NCBI GenBank assembly: GCA_963718615.1
Contig: OY970368.1
Location: 6,016,001 to 6,080,000 of the forward strand
Source: an uncultured cyanobacterium
GTDB taxonomy: Bacteria; Cyanobacteriota; Cyanobacteriia; PCC-9006; JAAUQQ01
Direction of reading: 5' to 3'
Length of the DNA stretch: 64,000 nt
Each line of letters opens with the position of its first letter. Within the stretch, counting starts at the first letter, position 1. Of this stretch, positions 49,000-60,100 are shown in pieces. The notes under the pieces were generated by a model. The model did no database searches. It had not been told where the DNA came from and saw only the letters and a program-made list of their open reading frames with translations. A program made the translations under genes and the position numbers.

Positions 49000-49545
49000 A
49001 TGTCTGCCTATCCTGACCAAATTCCAGCACAAACCCAAGGGGCGGCAACCCAAGGGGCGGCCCCACGCGACTTGGCGGCGCAACCGGTGATCTATCGCCA
49101 AAAGCCCGGTTATTACGCCGTGCATTATGCCGAGACCGAGATCAATCCGGCGGGGGCAACCCTGGTGTTGGCCAATGATGCAGGGGGGACGATCGCCATC
49201 TTTTCCGGTGACCCCCCTACCTCCAAACGCAGGGCTGGTCCTGAACCCCCTGCCGAGGTTATTACCCCCGTTTACAGTTCCTCGGCGGACGGGATTGCAG
49301 CAGTACCTACGGGTCAGGTGTTTGTGCGGTTCGCCCTGGGGGTGGATGCTCGCGATCGCCAAGCAGATTTCCAGAAAGCCGGATACACCCTGGTCAAAGT
49401 TCTTGATTTTGCTCCCCAAGGGGCTTGGGTCAAGGCCAGCTCGGGCCAGATCGCCGATGGACTGGCTCAACTGCAAACCCTACAAGGTCTAGAACAGCTT
49501 GAAATCATCGAGCCTCAGATGCTGATGGAACGGAGTTTTCGTTAG
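49000..49545 (+). CDS. Stand-alone S8 pro-domain-like protein
   Basis: AGGAG then ATG 49000; C-terminal half aligns by eye with the pro-region of the divergent protease. Confidence 0.65.
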   Translation: MSAYPDQIPAQTQGAATQGAAPRDLAAQPVIYRQKPGYYAVHYAETEINPAGATLVLANDAGGTIAIFSGDPPTSKRRAGPEPPAEVITPVYSSSADGIAAVPTGQVFVRFALGVDARDRQADFQKAGYTLVKVLDFAPQGAWVKASSGQIADGLAQLQTLQGLEQLEIIEPQMLMERSFR

Positions 49546-49588
49546 GGCGATCGCAGTCTAATCGCCCAACCCTTAAATTCCCGAATCC

Positions 49589-50380
49589 TTAAATCCCCGA
49601 ACCATCCAAAAACTTCTCAATTTCACGATCCTTGAGCAGGCATTGGGTTTTGCCCGACGGAGCCTCTGCCAAAACGCCCTCTCCATCCAAACTCCCTAGG
49701 GCTTCGCCACTGACACAGGCCGCCATCACTCGAGAGGTCTGCACCTGATTTTGCTGAAGCTGCTGCATTTGTTCCTCTAGGGCATCAATGCGATCGAGCA
49801 ACATGCGAATCACCTTGGCTTCCGAATCCGGTAGGTTGCCATGCTCCAGCGGATTTACCCGTGTTCCTGCGCGGTAAACAATCCGTCCTGGGATCCCCAC
49901 AACTGTGCAATCGGAAGGCACATCGCGTAGCACCACCGAACCGGCCCCAATGCGCACATTATCGCCCAGGGTCAAATTACCCAGGACCTTAGCCCCGGCC
50001 CCGACCACCACATTGTCGCCTAGGGTTGGGTGGCGTTTACCCGACTGCTTGCCCGTCCCCCCCAGCGTTACTCCTTGATAGATCAGCGCATAGTCCCCCA
50101 CGATCGCCGTTTCCCCAATCACAACCCCCATGCCGTGGTCGATAAAAACCCCTTTACCAATGGTTGCGCCCGGATGGATCTCAATTCCCGTCAAAAAACG
50201 GGCCAGATGGGAAATGAGCCGGGGAATCAGCGGCAGATGCCAGCAATGGAGGCGATGGGCGAGGCGGTGCAAAATCAACGCCTGGAGACCGGGATAGCAG
50301 AAAATAACCTCGATCGCGCTGCGGGCTGCGGGATCGCGTTCGAAGATAATGCGGAAATCGGCAATAACGGTTTTCAGCAC
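49589..50380 (-). CDS. cysE: Serine O-acetyltransferase
   Basis: [45 protein letters not shown]; GTG 50380 likely start. Confidence 0.95.
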   Translation of the reverse strand: MLKTVIADFRIIFERDPAARSAIEVIFCYPGLQALILHRLAHRLHCWHLPLIPRLISHLARFLTGIEIHPGATIGKGVFIDHGMGVVIGETAIVGDYALIYQGVTLGGTGKQSGKRHPTLGDNVVVGAGAKVLGNLTLGDNVRIGAGSVVLRDVPSDCTVVGIPGRIVYRAGTRVNPLEHGNLPDSEAKVIRMLLDRIDALEEQMQQLQQNQVQTSRVMAACVSGEALGSLDGEGVLAEAPSGKTQCLLKDREIEKFLDGSGI

Positions 50381-50774
50381 GGGAAGCAGCCGCTGATGGC
50401 CAAGAAACGCCACTGTCTATGCTGACATGTGGATGGGCAATTGGATCTTGATCTCCCGAGAGTTTTTCAAAATCCTTGAGGAACATCTTCTGAGAAACAT
50501 GGCTGAGGAATATCTCTCAAGCTGCCTCAATGCTCAAAAGTACTGGGGCAAAATTGGGAGGACAACTCTAAGGATGGCTCAATTCTAAAGAAAATCGGAA
50601 GTTTCTGTTTCTGATTGTGTACCCTAAAGGCATTGGACCTATGGGAACTCAATGCTAGTGGTCTTGCGTCTTGGAGGGCGATCGCTCCTTGGCTATCCCT
50701 GAACTTTTCAATCGAAAAATCGGGTGTAGAATATCGCCTGTGTGAGTGAGTAGAAATAACCACGGAACTCTTAT

Positions 50775-50969
50775 ATGTCAATTCAAGCCCCCGCCGCCGC
50801 TGCTTCTCTGACCCAATCTGCTGATCAAAAGGCTTTCGTAGAACAGCTCAAGCGTCTTTACCGTGCCGACCAGCAAGCTGAGTTTTTGTTTATCCAAGCG
50901 GAAGCAGATTCCCTTTTGGTTCAGTTAGAGCAACTCAAAGCCCAGCAAACCCAGGGGCAACAGGGCTAA
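50775..50969 (+). CDS. Small coiled-coil hypothetical protein
   Basis: 64 aa, YRADQQAEFLFIQAEADSLLVQLEQLK; upstream of co-oriented lipoprotein gene. Confidence 0.55.
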   Translation: MSIQAPAAAASLTQSADQKAFVEQLKRLYRADQQAEFLFIQAEADSLLVQLEQLKAQQTQGQQG

Positions 50970-51086
50970 GACACCGTTCTAATCGTCCCAGGGCTCCAGC
51001 GCCAAAATCTTGCCAATGGAAGATAATCTGATAGACTTTGGGCGGTTTACAGCCCCACAAAGGTTCTGGAAGATGAGGAGTTTGGC

Positions 51087-51977
51087 ATGAAACGTTTGGG
51101 ACTGCTGAGCGCGATCGCGATCGCCCTAACCCTGAGCGGCTGTAGCCGTTCATCGGAGACTGCTTTATCCGCCGCAGACCCCGCCACCGGAGCGGATTCT
51201 GCCTTAGCGGGTAATGGCCTGCCAGGTAATGGCTCGCCTCAGCCTGCTACCATGTTTGGCGATTCGCTGCCGCCCGTGCCGCTTCAGTCTTCTGCGCTCC
51301 AAAATTCAAATACCAGTTCCAATAAGAGCTCAAGTAAGAGTTCAAACACCAGTTCAAAACAGACAACTGCCAGCTATTCCACCGTTGCGCCACGCCAAGT
51401 CGTTGCAGGTCGCACCAATCCCTTCTCGTCGGTGAGCTCTCCGCAGGTGGAAGTCAAGTATGTGACGACGGCTCCGGCAGCGCCTAGTACTCAAGCCGCC
51501 CCAGGCCCAAACACCCTCTCCAAGACCATTCCTTCCGTCATCTTGCCCCCGACCTTTGTCCAAGCAACGCTGCCCTCAATGCCTCAGGTCGCCAGTCCCA
51601 GTGGCAGCCCAGCGGTGGCAATGATGCCAACCTCTCTTCCTCCCGTACGCCAGCTTCCGGCCTCCGTGACCCCTCTAGTGGCCCCCCCGACGTCATCATC
51701 ACCTACCCTGTCTCCCGCCGCTGCGCCTCCCGCTCCCGTCCTCTCCCCAACGGCTGTAGCGGAAGCGATCGAAATCAAGGGGGTCGTTCAGGTCGGAAAT
51801 CAGTACAACGTCATTATCAGAGATCCAGATGCCAGCATCAGCCGCACAGTTAAAGTGGGGGATGTGATTGGGGGCGGTCGCGTCAAAGTCAGCCGGATCG
51901 ATAGTCCCGATAGCCAAGAACCCCAGGTGATTCTGGAGCAAAACGGTGTAGAAGTCCGCCGAAGTATTGGCGTCTGA
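51087..51977 (+). CDS. Pro/Ser-rich lipoprotein with C-terminal beta domain (PilP/GspC-like, tentative)
   Basis: GAGGAG RBS, lipobox LSGC, GRTNPF motif, IEIKGVVQVG...VKVGD...VILEQNG. Confidence 0.7.
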   Translation: MKRLGLLSAIAIALTLSGCSRSSETALSAADPATGADSALAGNGLPGNGSPQPATMFGDSLPPVPLQSSALQNSNTSSNKSSSKSSNTSSKQTTASYSTVAPRQVVAGRTNPFSSVSSPQVEVKYVTTAPAAPSTQAAPGPNTLSKTIPSVILPPTFVQATLPSMPQVASPSGSPAVAMMPTSLPPVRQLPASVTPLVAPPTSSSPTLSPAAAPPAPVLSPTAVAEAIEIKGVVQVGNQYNVIIRDPDASISRTVKVGDVIGGGRVKVSRIDSPDSQEPQVILEQNGVEVRRSIGV

Positions 51978-52041
51978 AGGATTGGCGTTTATGGGCGGTT
52001 AGACTCTTGATCAAGGGGGGCAAAAGTCTCCTAGAGGTTAT

Positions 52042-53556
52042 CTAGAGATCATCACCCATACTCGAAATTGGCAGCAGCGCAATATAGCGATAGCCAGACT
52101 CAAGCGAGCTTTGGATAAAGAGCTGGCCGCCTTGGACTTCTGCCAGGTGACGACTCAGGAGTAGGCGGAGATTTTCAGGCCGTTCGGCAGAAGCGGTTTG
52201 CAAGATCTCCGCTAACCCTTTGGCCGTGAGAGGGTCCATCGTTGGGTCCATGTGACGCTTGGCGGTGCTCACTGCAACTCCAGCGGGTTCAAAATCAAAC
52301 CCTTGGTCGAGATGGTCAGAGCTGATGGGCAAAATTCCCAGGCTGTCGCTACCGTCGTTGGGAGGCAGGCCATCGCCCAGCCAAGGGTGAGACACCCAGA
52401 TGGAAAACTGGAGCTGGGACTGTTTTCGGGAAACATGCAGGCGCAGAATACTTTCGGTATTCGCCGATTGAATAATGCTAAAGATGAGGTGATAGAGCAT
52501 TTGGCGGACCTTGTCTTTGTCCAAGTGCCACACACGCTGTCCCGGTTCTACGGAGAAGCGCAGCTCTAGATCCCGCTGATTGCCCATCGGCGTCAGCGTA
52601 TGGATCACCTGCTGACAGAGCAGTTCCACATCCACAGGCGTCAGGTTTAAAGCGTTCTTGCCATCTTCTAGGGCGGCAAGGTCCATGATCTCTTGAATCA
52701 ACGACAGCAACGTCTGACCGCTGCGCTGAATCACCTCTAAATATTCCCGCTGCTTGTCCGTGAGGGGACCATAGATTTCTCGGCTCAGCATCCCGGCCAT
52801 CCCCAAGACTGCCGTGAGGGGAGCCCGCAATTGCTGGGTCAGCTGACCCACGAGCTGGAGCCGGAGGGGATTGGGTTGGGAGGCTTCGAGGTCGTCGCTT
52901 TCGCGGCCCATGTTGGCAACGCCGCTGGATTCCCGGCTGAGGGATGGGGGGACCAGGGTATCTTTGGGGGCAAAGCCTTGGAGGGCGGCACTGTGGCTTT
53001 GGTTGATGGCGCGATCGCGCTCAAACTCGCTCACGCACCAGCGCGCCACCAGTTCTAGGGACTGAATCTGTTTCTCGGAATAGGTTCGGGGCTCTAGATC
53101 CAACACCGCCAAGGTGCCGAGGCATTGGCCTGTGGAAACAATCAGTGGTGTCCCCAAATAAGAGCGAATGCCGTACTGCTGAACCAAAAGACTCTGGGCA
53201 AAGGCCGGGTGCTGGATGGTGTCGGGGATCATCAAGACCTGGTGGCTGTCCACCACGTTGGTGTCAAAAGAATCTTCCCGAGACATGCGCCGGGACTTGG
53301 CGATCGCATTCATCAACCCCAGCTTTGACAACCCCAGGGCTGCCCGGAGCCAAAGGTTATCTCGGTCCAAAATTCCGAGCCAGCAAAGGGGAGCATCTAA
53401 AAATTGAGCCGCAGTCTGGGTCGCCTCTTCAAACACCGGGACACTCTCTGTCTCCAAGAGGCCGAGATCTGCCACGACCAAAAGACGCTGCTGCTCCCGC
53501 GCGGCGGCGCTGAGGCCATCCAGACGGCAGAATAATCGACTTTCAAAACCGCTCAT
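52042..53556 (-). CDS. GAF + HisKA-like sensor protein lacking the phosphoacceptor His
   Basis: GAF (IRSYLGTPL...GTLAVLD..PR); H-box reads TQQLRAPLTAV; HATPase boxes degenerate. Confidence 0.8.
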   Translation of the reverse strand: MSGFESRLFCRLDGLSAAAREQQRLLVVADLGLLETESVPVFEEATQTAAQFLDAPLCWLGILDRDNLWLRAALGLSKLGLMNAIAKSRRMSREDSFDTNVVDSHQVLMIPDTIQHPAFAQSLLVQQYGIRSYLGTPLIVSTGQCLGTLAVLDLEPRTYSEKQIQSLELVARWCVSEFERDRAINQSHSAALQGFAPKDTLVPPSLSRESSGVANMGRESDDLEASQPNPLRLQLVGQLTQQLRAPLTAVLGMAGMLSREIYGPLTDKQREYLEVIQRSGQTLLSLIQEIMDLAALEDGKNALNLTPVDVELLCQQVIHTLTPMGNQRDLELRFSVEPGQRVWHLDKDKVRQMLYHLIFSIIQSANTESILRLHVSRKQSQLQFSIWVSHPWLGDGLPPNDGSDSLGILPISSDHLDQGFDFEPAGVAVSTAKRHMDPTMDPLTAKGLAEILQTASAERPENLRLLLSRHLAEVQGGQLFIQSSLESGYRYIALLPISSMGDDL

Positions 53557-54129
53557 GATACTCCCCTAATGCCAATAACCTGATATTTATACCGGAAGTT
53601 CCGTAGTTTTTCTGGGAAGTCTTACTTCCCTATACCGTATCTCATAGTTCAGCATGCCCTAATTTTCAGCCCTAAGAACACCCCAAGACCTCAAAAAATC
53701 CGCAGAAAATCCGCAAATCCCACGAATTTTATTTTGTCGGTAGAGCAAATGGCGTAGGGAAAAATTCGCCCCTCAATCGGTTCCCGAGAGAACCCCCTCT
53801 GAACTGTGATCGGTCCTATGCAGATACACTCAGATATATATTTCTAACGGATTTTTGAAAAAACCGTAGAAATTCCCAGACTCTTTTCCTTATGCCCATG
53901 GTAATGAATGACGCCCAGGATTCGCAGGTGGGTCAGAGATGGGTGACTGGAGCGATGGCGATCGACGCCGGAAAGTTGTGGCTTTCGCAGGACTTGACGT
54001 TTCAGGGGGGGCCGGTCATTTTGTCTCTAGACGAGGTCGCAGCCCGGTTGGATCTGTCTTGGGCTGAGCTGTTGGCGCGCTTGAATGTATGTCACAATCC
54101 CCGTAACTAGATGGTGCTGGTGTGCAAGT

Positions 54130-55410
54130 ATGACCCCATCCGCTGTAATTCGGCTCGCTCAGGAGGGAGATGCCCAGGCGATTACCCTCTTAATCAATCA
54201 GCAGCTTCAACCCAGAGGGATTACGGCAAAAACCTCCGTTGAGGGGGAATGCCTGCATATTTTGCTAGAAGGGGCGCAAACGCCTCCCCAGCGCCCTTTG
54301 GTGACCTATTTGAGTGATGCCCTGACTCGACTCTCGGCTCGGTCAATTCAATTGGCCCATATTTACGGTCGCCAGCAGGGCCAGGACGCTTTGGCTTGGT
54401 CGGAGACGCTGCCCTTAGGGGAGGGCTCGCCCGTCTGGGAGGATTTGGCCCTGGAGAATGTCTTAGCCTTTGAGCCTGCGGATGGGGCGTTGCCGCGTTT
54501 GTCCCCTGCGCCCGACTCAGGGTCTGCCCCTGGGCCTCGTGCTAACCCGTCCCGTCGATCCCCGAAAAACTCCACCGTCCTGGGACGTTGTTTTCGCCTT
54601 TGGGCCTATTGGCAGTTTGCGAGCCTAGGGGTAAGTTTTGTGCTGGTCTTTTTGCTGGCGGTGGAGTCCTTGGTCTTTGCGGCGATCGCCCCCGACACCT
54701 TTTTCACCAGCCTGCCCGATCTCTCTTGGAAAACCCTACTGCTTGGCAATCTACCGGGATTTAGCCGGGAGCTGGCGTTGGTTTTGTTGGTGAGCTGCTT
54801 TTTCCTGGGGCTGATTCTGGGGGATGCTCAAACGGAGGTGCTGCAACAGCGGTTGCGCCGGGTGGGAGGTTGGAAGTGGGCTACGGCGGTGGGGGTGCCC
54901 TTGGGGTTGATGGCGGCGATCGCCCTGCGGTTCTACGGCTATCACGGGGTGGTGGTGCTGATGGGACTATTGCCTTTTTCGGTCGATGCCAGTGTGTTTT
55001 TCGGTCTGATTATGCCTGCGCTGGCGGGGGGACTAGGGTTTTGGGTGTTGGGGCTGTTGCAGTGGCTCACGCTGTCGCGCAAGGTGCCCCGTGCCTATCG
55101 TTGGCCTCTGAGTACGTTGGTGAGTGGGGTGTTCTGTGGCCTTTTGGGCGGGGCAGCGGGAAAAATTTTTACGGACCTAATTGTCAGAGCTCTGGCCTTG
55201 GGGGATTTTCCCAATTTACAGGTGGCGATCGGCCTTTTACTCTCTAGTTTTATTGCCTGGTTGAGTTTCCATGCAATTACGGGAGTGACGATGGCGCGGC
55301 TGATTCATCGGACGCCGAAGATTAAGATGCGGTTGAGACAGCTCGGTCTCCATCAGGTGCCAGTGGCGCTTTCGCAGTCACATCCGCATCCGCCTTTGGA
55401 ACAAGGATAG
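54130..55410 (+). CDS. Membrane protein with cyanobacterial N-terminal domain
   Basis: LAQEGDAQAI..LINQQLQPRGI...LHILLE...IYGRQ..AW domain followed by ~7 TM segments. Confidence 0.7.
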   Translation: MTPSAVIRLAQEGDAQAITLLINQQLQPRGITAKTSVEGECLHILLEGAQTPPQRPLVTYLSDALTRLSARSIQLAHIYGRQQGQDALAWSETLPLGEGSPVWEDLALENVLAFEPADGALPRLSPAPDSGSAPGPRANPSRRSPKNSTVLGRCFRLWAYWQFASLGVSFVLVFLLAVESLVFAAIAPDTFFTSLPDLSWKTLLLGNLPGFSRELALVLLVSCFFLGLILGDAQTEVLQQRLRRVGGWKWATAVGVPLGLMAAIALRFYGYHGVVVLMGLLPFSVDASVFFGLIMPALAGGLGFWVLGLLQWLTLSRKVPRAYRWPLSTLVSGVFCGLLGGAAGKIFTDLIVRALALGDFPNLQVAIGLLLSSFIAWLSFHAITGVTMARLIHRTPKIKMRLRQLGLHQVPVALSQSHPHPPLEQG

Positions 55411-55511
55411 CCTTCCCCTCCTGAAGGCGTGGGGATTCCCTCATTCCTCACAAAACTCAGCAGAGCCTTTTCTACAACTCTGCTGAGTTCCAGCGTGACC
55501 TGTTTTCTGGG

Positions 55512-56996
55512 CTAAGGCAACTCCGTACTGCCCATGAGATAGCGATCGCACTCCCGCGCCACCCCACGACCCTCATTAATCGCCCAAACCACAAGACTTT
55601 GCCCCCGCCGACAGTCCCCCGCTGCAAAGACACCCGGTAGGCTCGTCGTAAACTGCTCATGCTCAGCCTTAACGTTGCTGCGGCCATCGCGCTCGACGCC
55701 GAGGGACTCGAGTAACGGTTGCTCCGGACCGAGGAAGCCCATGGCCAGCAGCACCAACTGGGCCGGACGGACCTGCTCCGTACCCGGAACAGGCTTGGGA
55801 ATAAACCGGCCCTGCTCATCCCGCTGCCATTCCACAAGGACGGTGTGAACGGCTTTGAGGTGGCCTTGCTCGTCCCCCTCAAACTTCGTCGCCGTGGTGG
55901 TATAGGTCCGGGGGTCCGCACCAAACAGGGCAGCGGCTTCCTCCTGGCCGTAGTCCAGCTTGTAAACCTTGGGCCATTCCGGCCAAGGGTTGTTCGCTGC
56001 GCGGGTTTCCGGCGGTTGGGGCATGATTTCGAGTTGGGTGACGCTGGTGCAACCGTGACGAATCGACGTGCCGACGCAGTCCGTGCCCGTATCGCCGCCG
56101 CCGATGATGATCACATCCTTACCTGCTGCGGAAATGTAGTCGTTTGTAGGTTTGCCATCCAAAACTGTCCGGGTATTGCCCGTCAGAAACTCCATGGCAA
56201 AATGAATGCCCTTCAACTCCCGACCTTCGATGGGTAAATCGCGGGGCTTGGTCGCGCCCGTGCAGAGCACCACCGCATCGAATTCATCCAGCAGTTGCTG
56301 GGCGGAGAGATCCTTGCCAATCTCGGTGTTGCAAACAAACGTCACCCCCTCAGCTTCTAGAACATTCAGCCGCCGCATTACCACCTGTTGTTTATCCAAC
56401 TTCATATTGGGGATGCCGTACATCAACAGTCCACCAGGCCGATCGGCCCGTTCATACACCGTCACCCAATGACCAGCGCTATTGAGTTGAGCAGCTGCCG
56501 ATAATCCCGCAGGACCAGAACCAACGATCGCCACCTTTTTCCCCGTTCGTTGCTTGGGCAGCGTTGGCGTGATCCAGCCCGCTTCCCAGCCCTTTTCGGC
56601 AATGGAATACTCAATGTTTTTGATGGTTACGGGCGGATTAGTAATGCCCAAAACACAGGAGCCTTCGCAGGGCGCGGGGCAAACCCGTCCGGTAAACTCA
56701 GGGAAGTTATTGGTGCGGTGCAAACGGGCCAAGGCTTCTTCCCAGTGGCCGCGATAGATCAGGTCATTCCACTCGGGGATCAAATTGTTGATCGGGCAAC
56801 CGCTGGCCATGCCGCTGACCATCATTCCCGTATGGCAGAAGGGTGTGCCACAATCCATGCAGCGGGCCGCTTGGGTTTGGAGGCGATCGTCGGGCATATG
56901 CAGGTGGAATTCATCCCAATTGCGAATGCGATCGCTCGGCGAAACCTCTGCTGCGACCTCGCGCAGATACTCCATAAATCCAGTTGCTTTTCCCAT
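55512..56996 (-). CDS. gltD: Glutamate synthase (NADH) small subunit
   Basis: [71 protein letters not shown]. Confidence 0.96.
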   Translation of the reverse strand: MGKATGFMEYLREVAAEVSPSDRIRNWDEFHLHMPDDRLQTQAARCMDCGTPFCHTGMMVSGMASGCPINNLIPEWNDLIYRGHWEEALARLHRTNNFPEFTGRVCPAPCEGSCVLGITNPPVTIKNIEYSIAEKGWEAGWITPTLPKQRTGKKVAIVGSGPAGLSAAAQLNSAGHWVTVYERADRPGGLLMYGIPNMKLDKQQVVMRRLNVLEAEGVTFVCNTEIGKDLSAQQLLDEFDAVVLCTGATKPRDLPIEGRELKGIHFAMEFLTGNTRTVLDGKPTNDYISAAGKDVIIIGGGDTGTDCVGTSIRHGCTSVTQLEIMPQPPETRAANNPWPEWPKVYKLDYGQEEAAALFGADPRTYTTTATKFEGDEQGHLKAVHTVLVEWQRDEQGRFIPKPVPGTEQVRPAQLVLLAMGFLGPEQPLLESLGVERDGRSNVKAEHEQFTTSLPGVFAAGDCRRGQSLVVWAINEGRGVARECDRYLMGSTELP

Positions 56997-57049
56997 GGGT
57001 CAATTGAGTCAGATAAAGGGATGTTGAAAGCGGGTAGGTTAGGTCGTGT

Positions 57050-57144
57050 GTAGGTTGGGTTGAACGGAGTGAAACCCAACAAGCATTAAGCTAGGCATAA
57101 TCGGGTTTTGCTGTTGGGTTTCGCAAGGGCTCAACCCAACCTAC
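57050..57144. mobile_element. REP doublet 5 between gltB and gltD
   Basis: GTAGGTTGGGTTGAACGGAGTGAAACCCAAC (57050-57080) and inverted GTTGGGTTTCGCAAGGGCTCAACCCAACCTAC (57113-57144). Confidence 0.85.
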
Positions 57145-57164
57145 GGCTCGATGTTTCGGGTGAT

Positions 57165-60100
57165 TTAACCCCCACCAATGCGGGAGACGTCGCGGGCGTT
57201 TTCTTCAAAGGCCGCAGACAGGGCTTCATCGCCGCTAAGGCCGTTGGCCAGGGCGGTTTTGATATGTTGCAAGACCCGTTTGTAATCGCGGGGCATGACC
57301 CGCACAAACTGCGCCACCAGGGTTTCCCAATGGGCTAACACTTGGGCCGCTTTGGTACTGCCGGTATAGTCCGAATGGCGCTGAATGAGGGCCTGTAAAT
57401 CGCGAATTTCTTCGGGATCTTCGAGCTTTTCTAACTCCACCATTTGGGCATTGCAGCGAGTGGCAAAATCGCCGGTTTCATCCAGGATGTAGGCAACGCC
57501 ACCGCTCATCCCCGCCGCAAAGTTTCGCCCGGTTTGGCCCAAAACCACGACCTTGCCACCGGTCATGTATTCGCAACCATGGTCGCCCACGGCTTCGACA
57601 ACGGCTTCCACGCCGGAGTTGCGTACGCAGAACCGTTCACCTGCCATACCGCGAATGTAGGCTTCGCCGCCCGTAGCTCCGTAGAAGGCGACGTTGCCGA
57701 CGATGATGTTTTCCTCGGGAACAAACGTGGACGCCTTGTCCGGGTAGAGAATCAGCTTGCCCCCGCTGAGGCCCTTGCCAAAGTAGTCGTTGGCATCACC
57801 CTCTAGTTCCAGTGTCACGCCACGGGGGACGAAGGCTCCAAAGCTCTGACCGGCGCTGCCTTGGAAATGCAGATGGATGGTATCGTCGGGCAGTCCTTCC
57901 CAATAACGCTTGGTGATTTCGTTGCCGAGGACCGTACCGACGACGCGGTTGATGTTTTGGATGGGGAGCTTGGCGCTGACTTTTTCGCCTCGGGCGATCG
58001 CCGGTTCGCACAGATCCAGCAGCGTGGTCATGTCGAGCGATCGCTCAATGCCATGGTCCTGGGGAATCTGACAATAGCGCCCCACCTCGGGACCCGCTTC
58101 GGGTTGATAGAGAATCTTCGAGACATCAATGCCCTTGGCTTTCCAGTGGTCCACCGCTTGACGGGGTTCCAAAACCTCAGTCCGGCCCACCATCTCGTTA
58201 ATGGTTTGGAAGCCCAACTCAGCCATGATTTCCCGCAACTCCATGGCGATAAAGCGCATGAAATTAACGGTGTGGGCCGGGTCGCCGGTAAACTTGGCCC
58301 GCAGTTCAGGATCCTGGGTTGCTACACCAACAGGACAGGTGTTTTTGTGGCAAACACGCATCATGATGCAGCCGAGGGTGACCAGGGGCGCGGTGGCAAA
58401 ACCGTATTCCTCTGCACCGAGGAGCGTGGCGATCGCCACATCTCGTCCGGTTTTCATCTGTCCATCGGTTTCCACGGCAATGCGGCTGCGCAGATTGTTC
58501 AGCACTAGGGTTTGGTGGGTTTCTGCAAGGCCCAGTTCCCAGGGTAGGCCAGCGTGCTTAATCGAAGTCTGGGGCGAGGCTCCGGTGCCACCGTCGTAGC
58601 CCGAGATGAGGACCACATCGGCGTGGGCTTTTGCAACCCCAGCGGCGATCGTTCCCACCCCCACTTCCGACACCAGCTTGACGCTGACGCGGGCTTCGCG
58701 ATTGGCGTTTTTGAGGTCGTGGATCAGTTCTGCTAAGTCTTCGATCGAGTAGATATCGTGGTGGGGCGGTGGCGAAATCAATCCCACACCGGGGGTAGAG
58801 TGGCGCACCTTGGCAATCCAGGGATAGACCTTTTGCCCCGGCAACTGACCGCCTTCACCGGGTTTTGCGCCCTGGGCCATTTTGATCTGCAACTCCCGCG
58901 CTTGGGAGAGATACAAACTGGTGACGCCAAACCGCCCGGAAGCCACCTGTTTAATGGCGCTATTCTTCGAGTCGCCCTGGTCGTTGGTCCAGGTGTAGCG
59001 TTCCGGGTCCTCGCCGCCTTCCCCTGTGTTCGACTTGCCGCCGATGCGGTTCATGGCGATCGCCAGGGCCTCATGGGCCTCCTTGGAAATTGAGCCGTAG
59101 CTCATCGCCCCGGTTTTAAACCGACTCATGATTGCTTCAATCGGTTCGACTTGATCCAGGGGAATGGGCTCGCGGGCTTTGAATTCCAGCAGGTCCCGAA
59201 TCCGGAAAAACTGCTTACCGTGCTCGTTCACCTTGGCAGAATACTGCTTGTACAACTCGTAGTTATCTTCTCGCACCGCCCGCTGGAGCAGGTGAATGGT
59301 TTCCGGTGAAAACAGGTGAGCTTCGCCATCCTTACGCCACTGGTATTCGCCACCCACTTCCAGGGTAGGATTGAGCGGGTCGCGATCGCTAAACCCTTGG
59401 TGATAGCGCTGAATCGCCTCATCGATAATGGCTTCTAGATCAGCGCCTTCGAGCCGGGATGCGGTCCAGGTAAAGTAGCGATCGACAACGCTGCTCTGCA
59501 AGCCAATCGCCTCAAAAATCTGGGCACCGCGATAGCTCTGGATCGTCGAGATCCCGATCTTCGAGCCAATTTTTACAACCCCTTTGGTCACCGCCTTGAT
59601 AAAGTTTTTGTGGGCTGTTTTTGCATCAACCCCTGTCAGAATTGTCTGGTCAATCAACGCATCAATACTTTCAAAGGCAAGGTAAGGATTGATTGCACCG
59701 CAACCGTAGCCAATTAGCGTGGCAAAGTGATGCACCTCGCGGGGTTCGCCGGATTCGAGGACAAGACCGACGCGGGTACGGCTGCCATTGCGGATCAGAT
59801 GGTGATGCAACCCGGCGACGGCGAGTAAGGCAGGGATAGGCGCTTGGCTAGGGCTGATATTGCGATCGCTCAGGATCACAATACTCGTCCCTTGGGCGAT
59901 CGCTTGATCTGCCTGCTCACACAGGACTGCCATCGCCGCTTCCACTCCAGCGGCCCCCTGGCTCGGGTCAAACAAAATCGGCAACGTCACCGCAGGAAAG
60001 CCGGGAGCCTGTTGTAATTGAGCCAGTTGCTCGTTGGTCAGAATCGGTGTGTTGAGCTTGATCAGCCGGCAGCTTTCCGGTTGCGGATTCAACAAATTGC

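Noticed and set aside
53892-54110. 72-aa ORF upstream of the membrane protein
   Set aside because: No recognisable motif or clear RBS; cannot support as a gene
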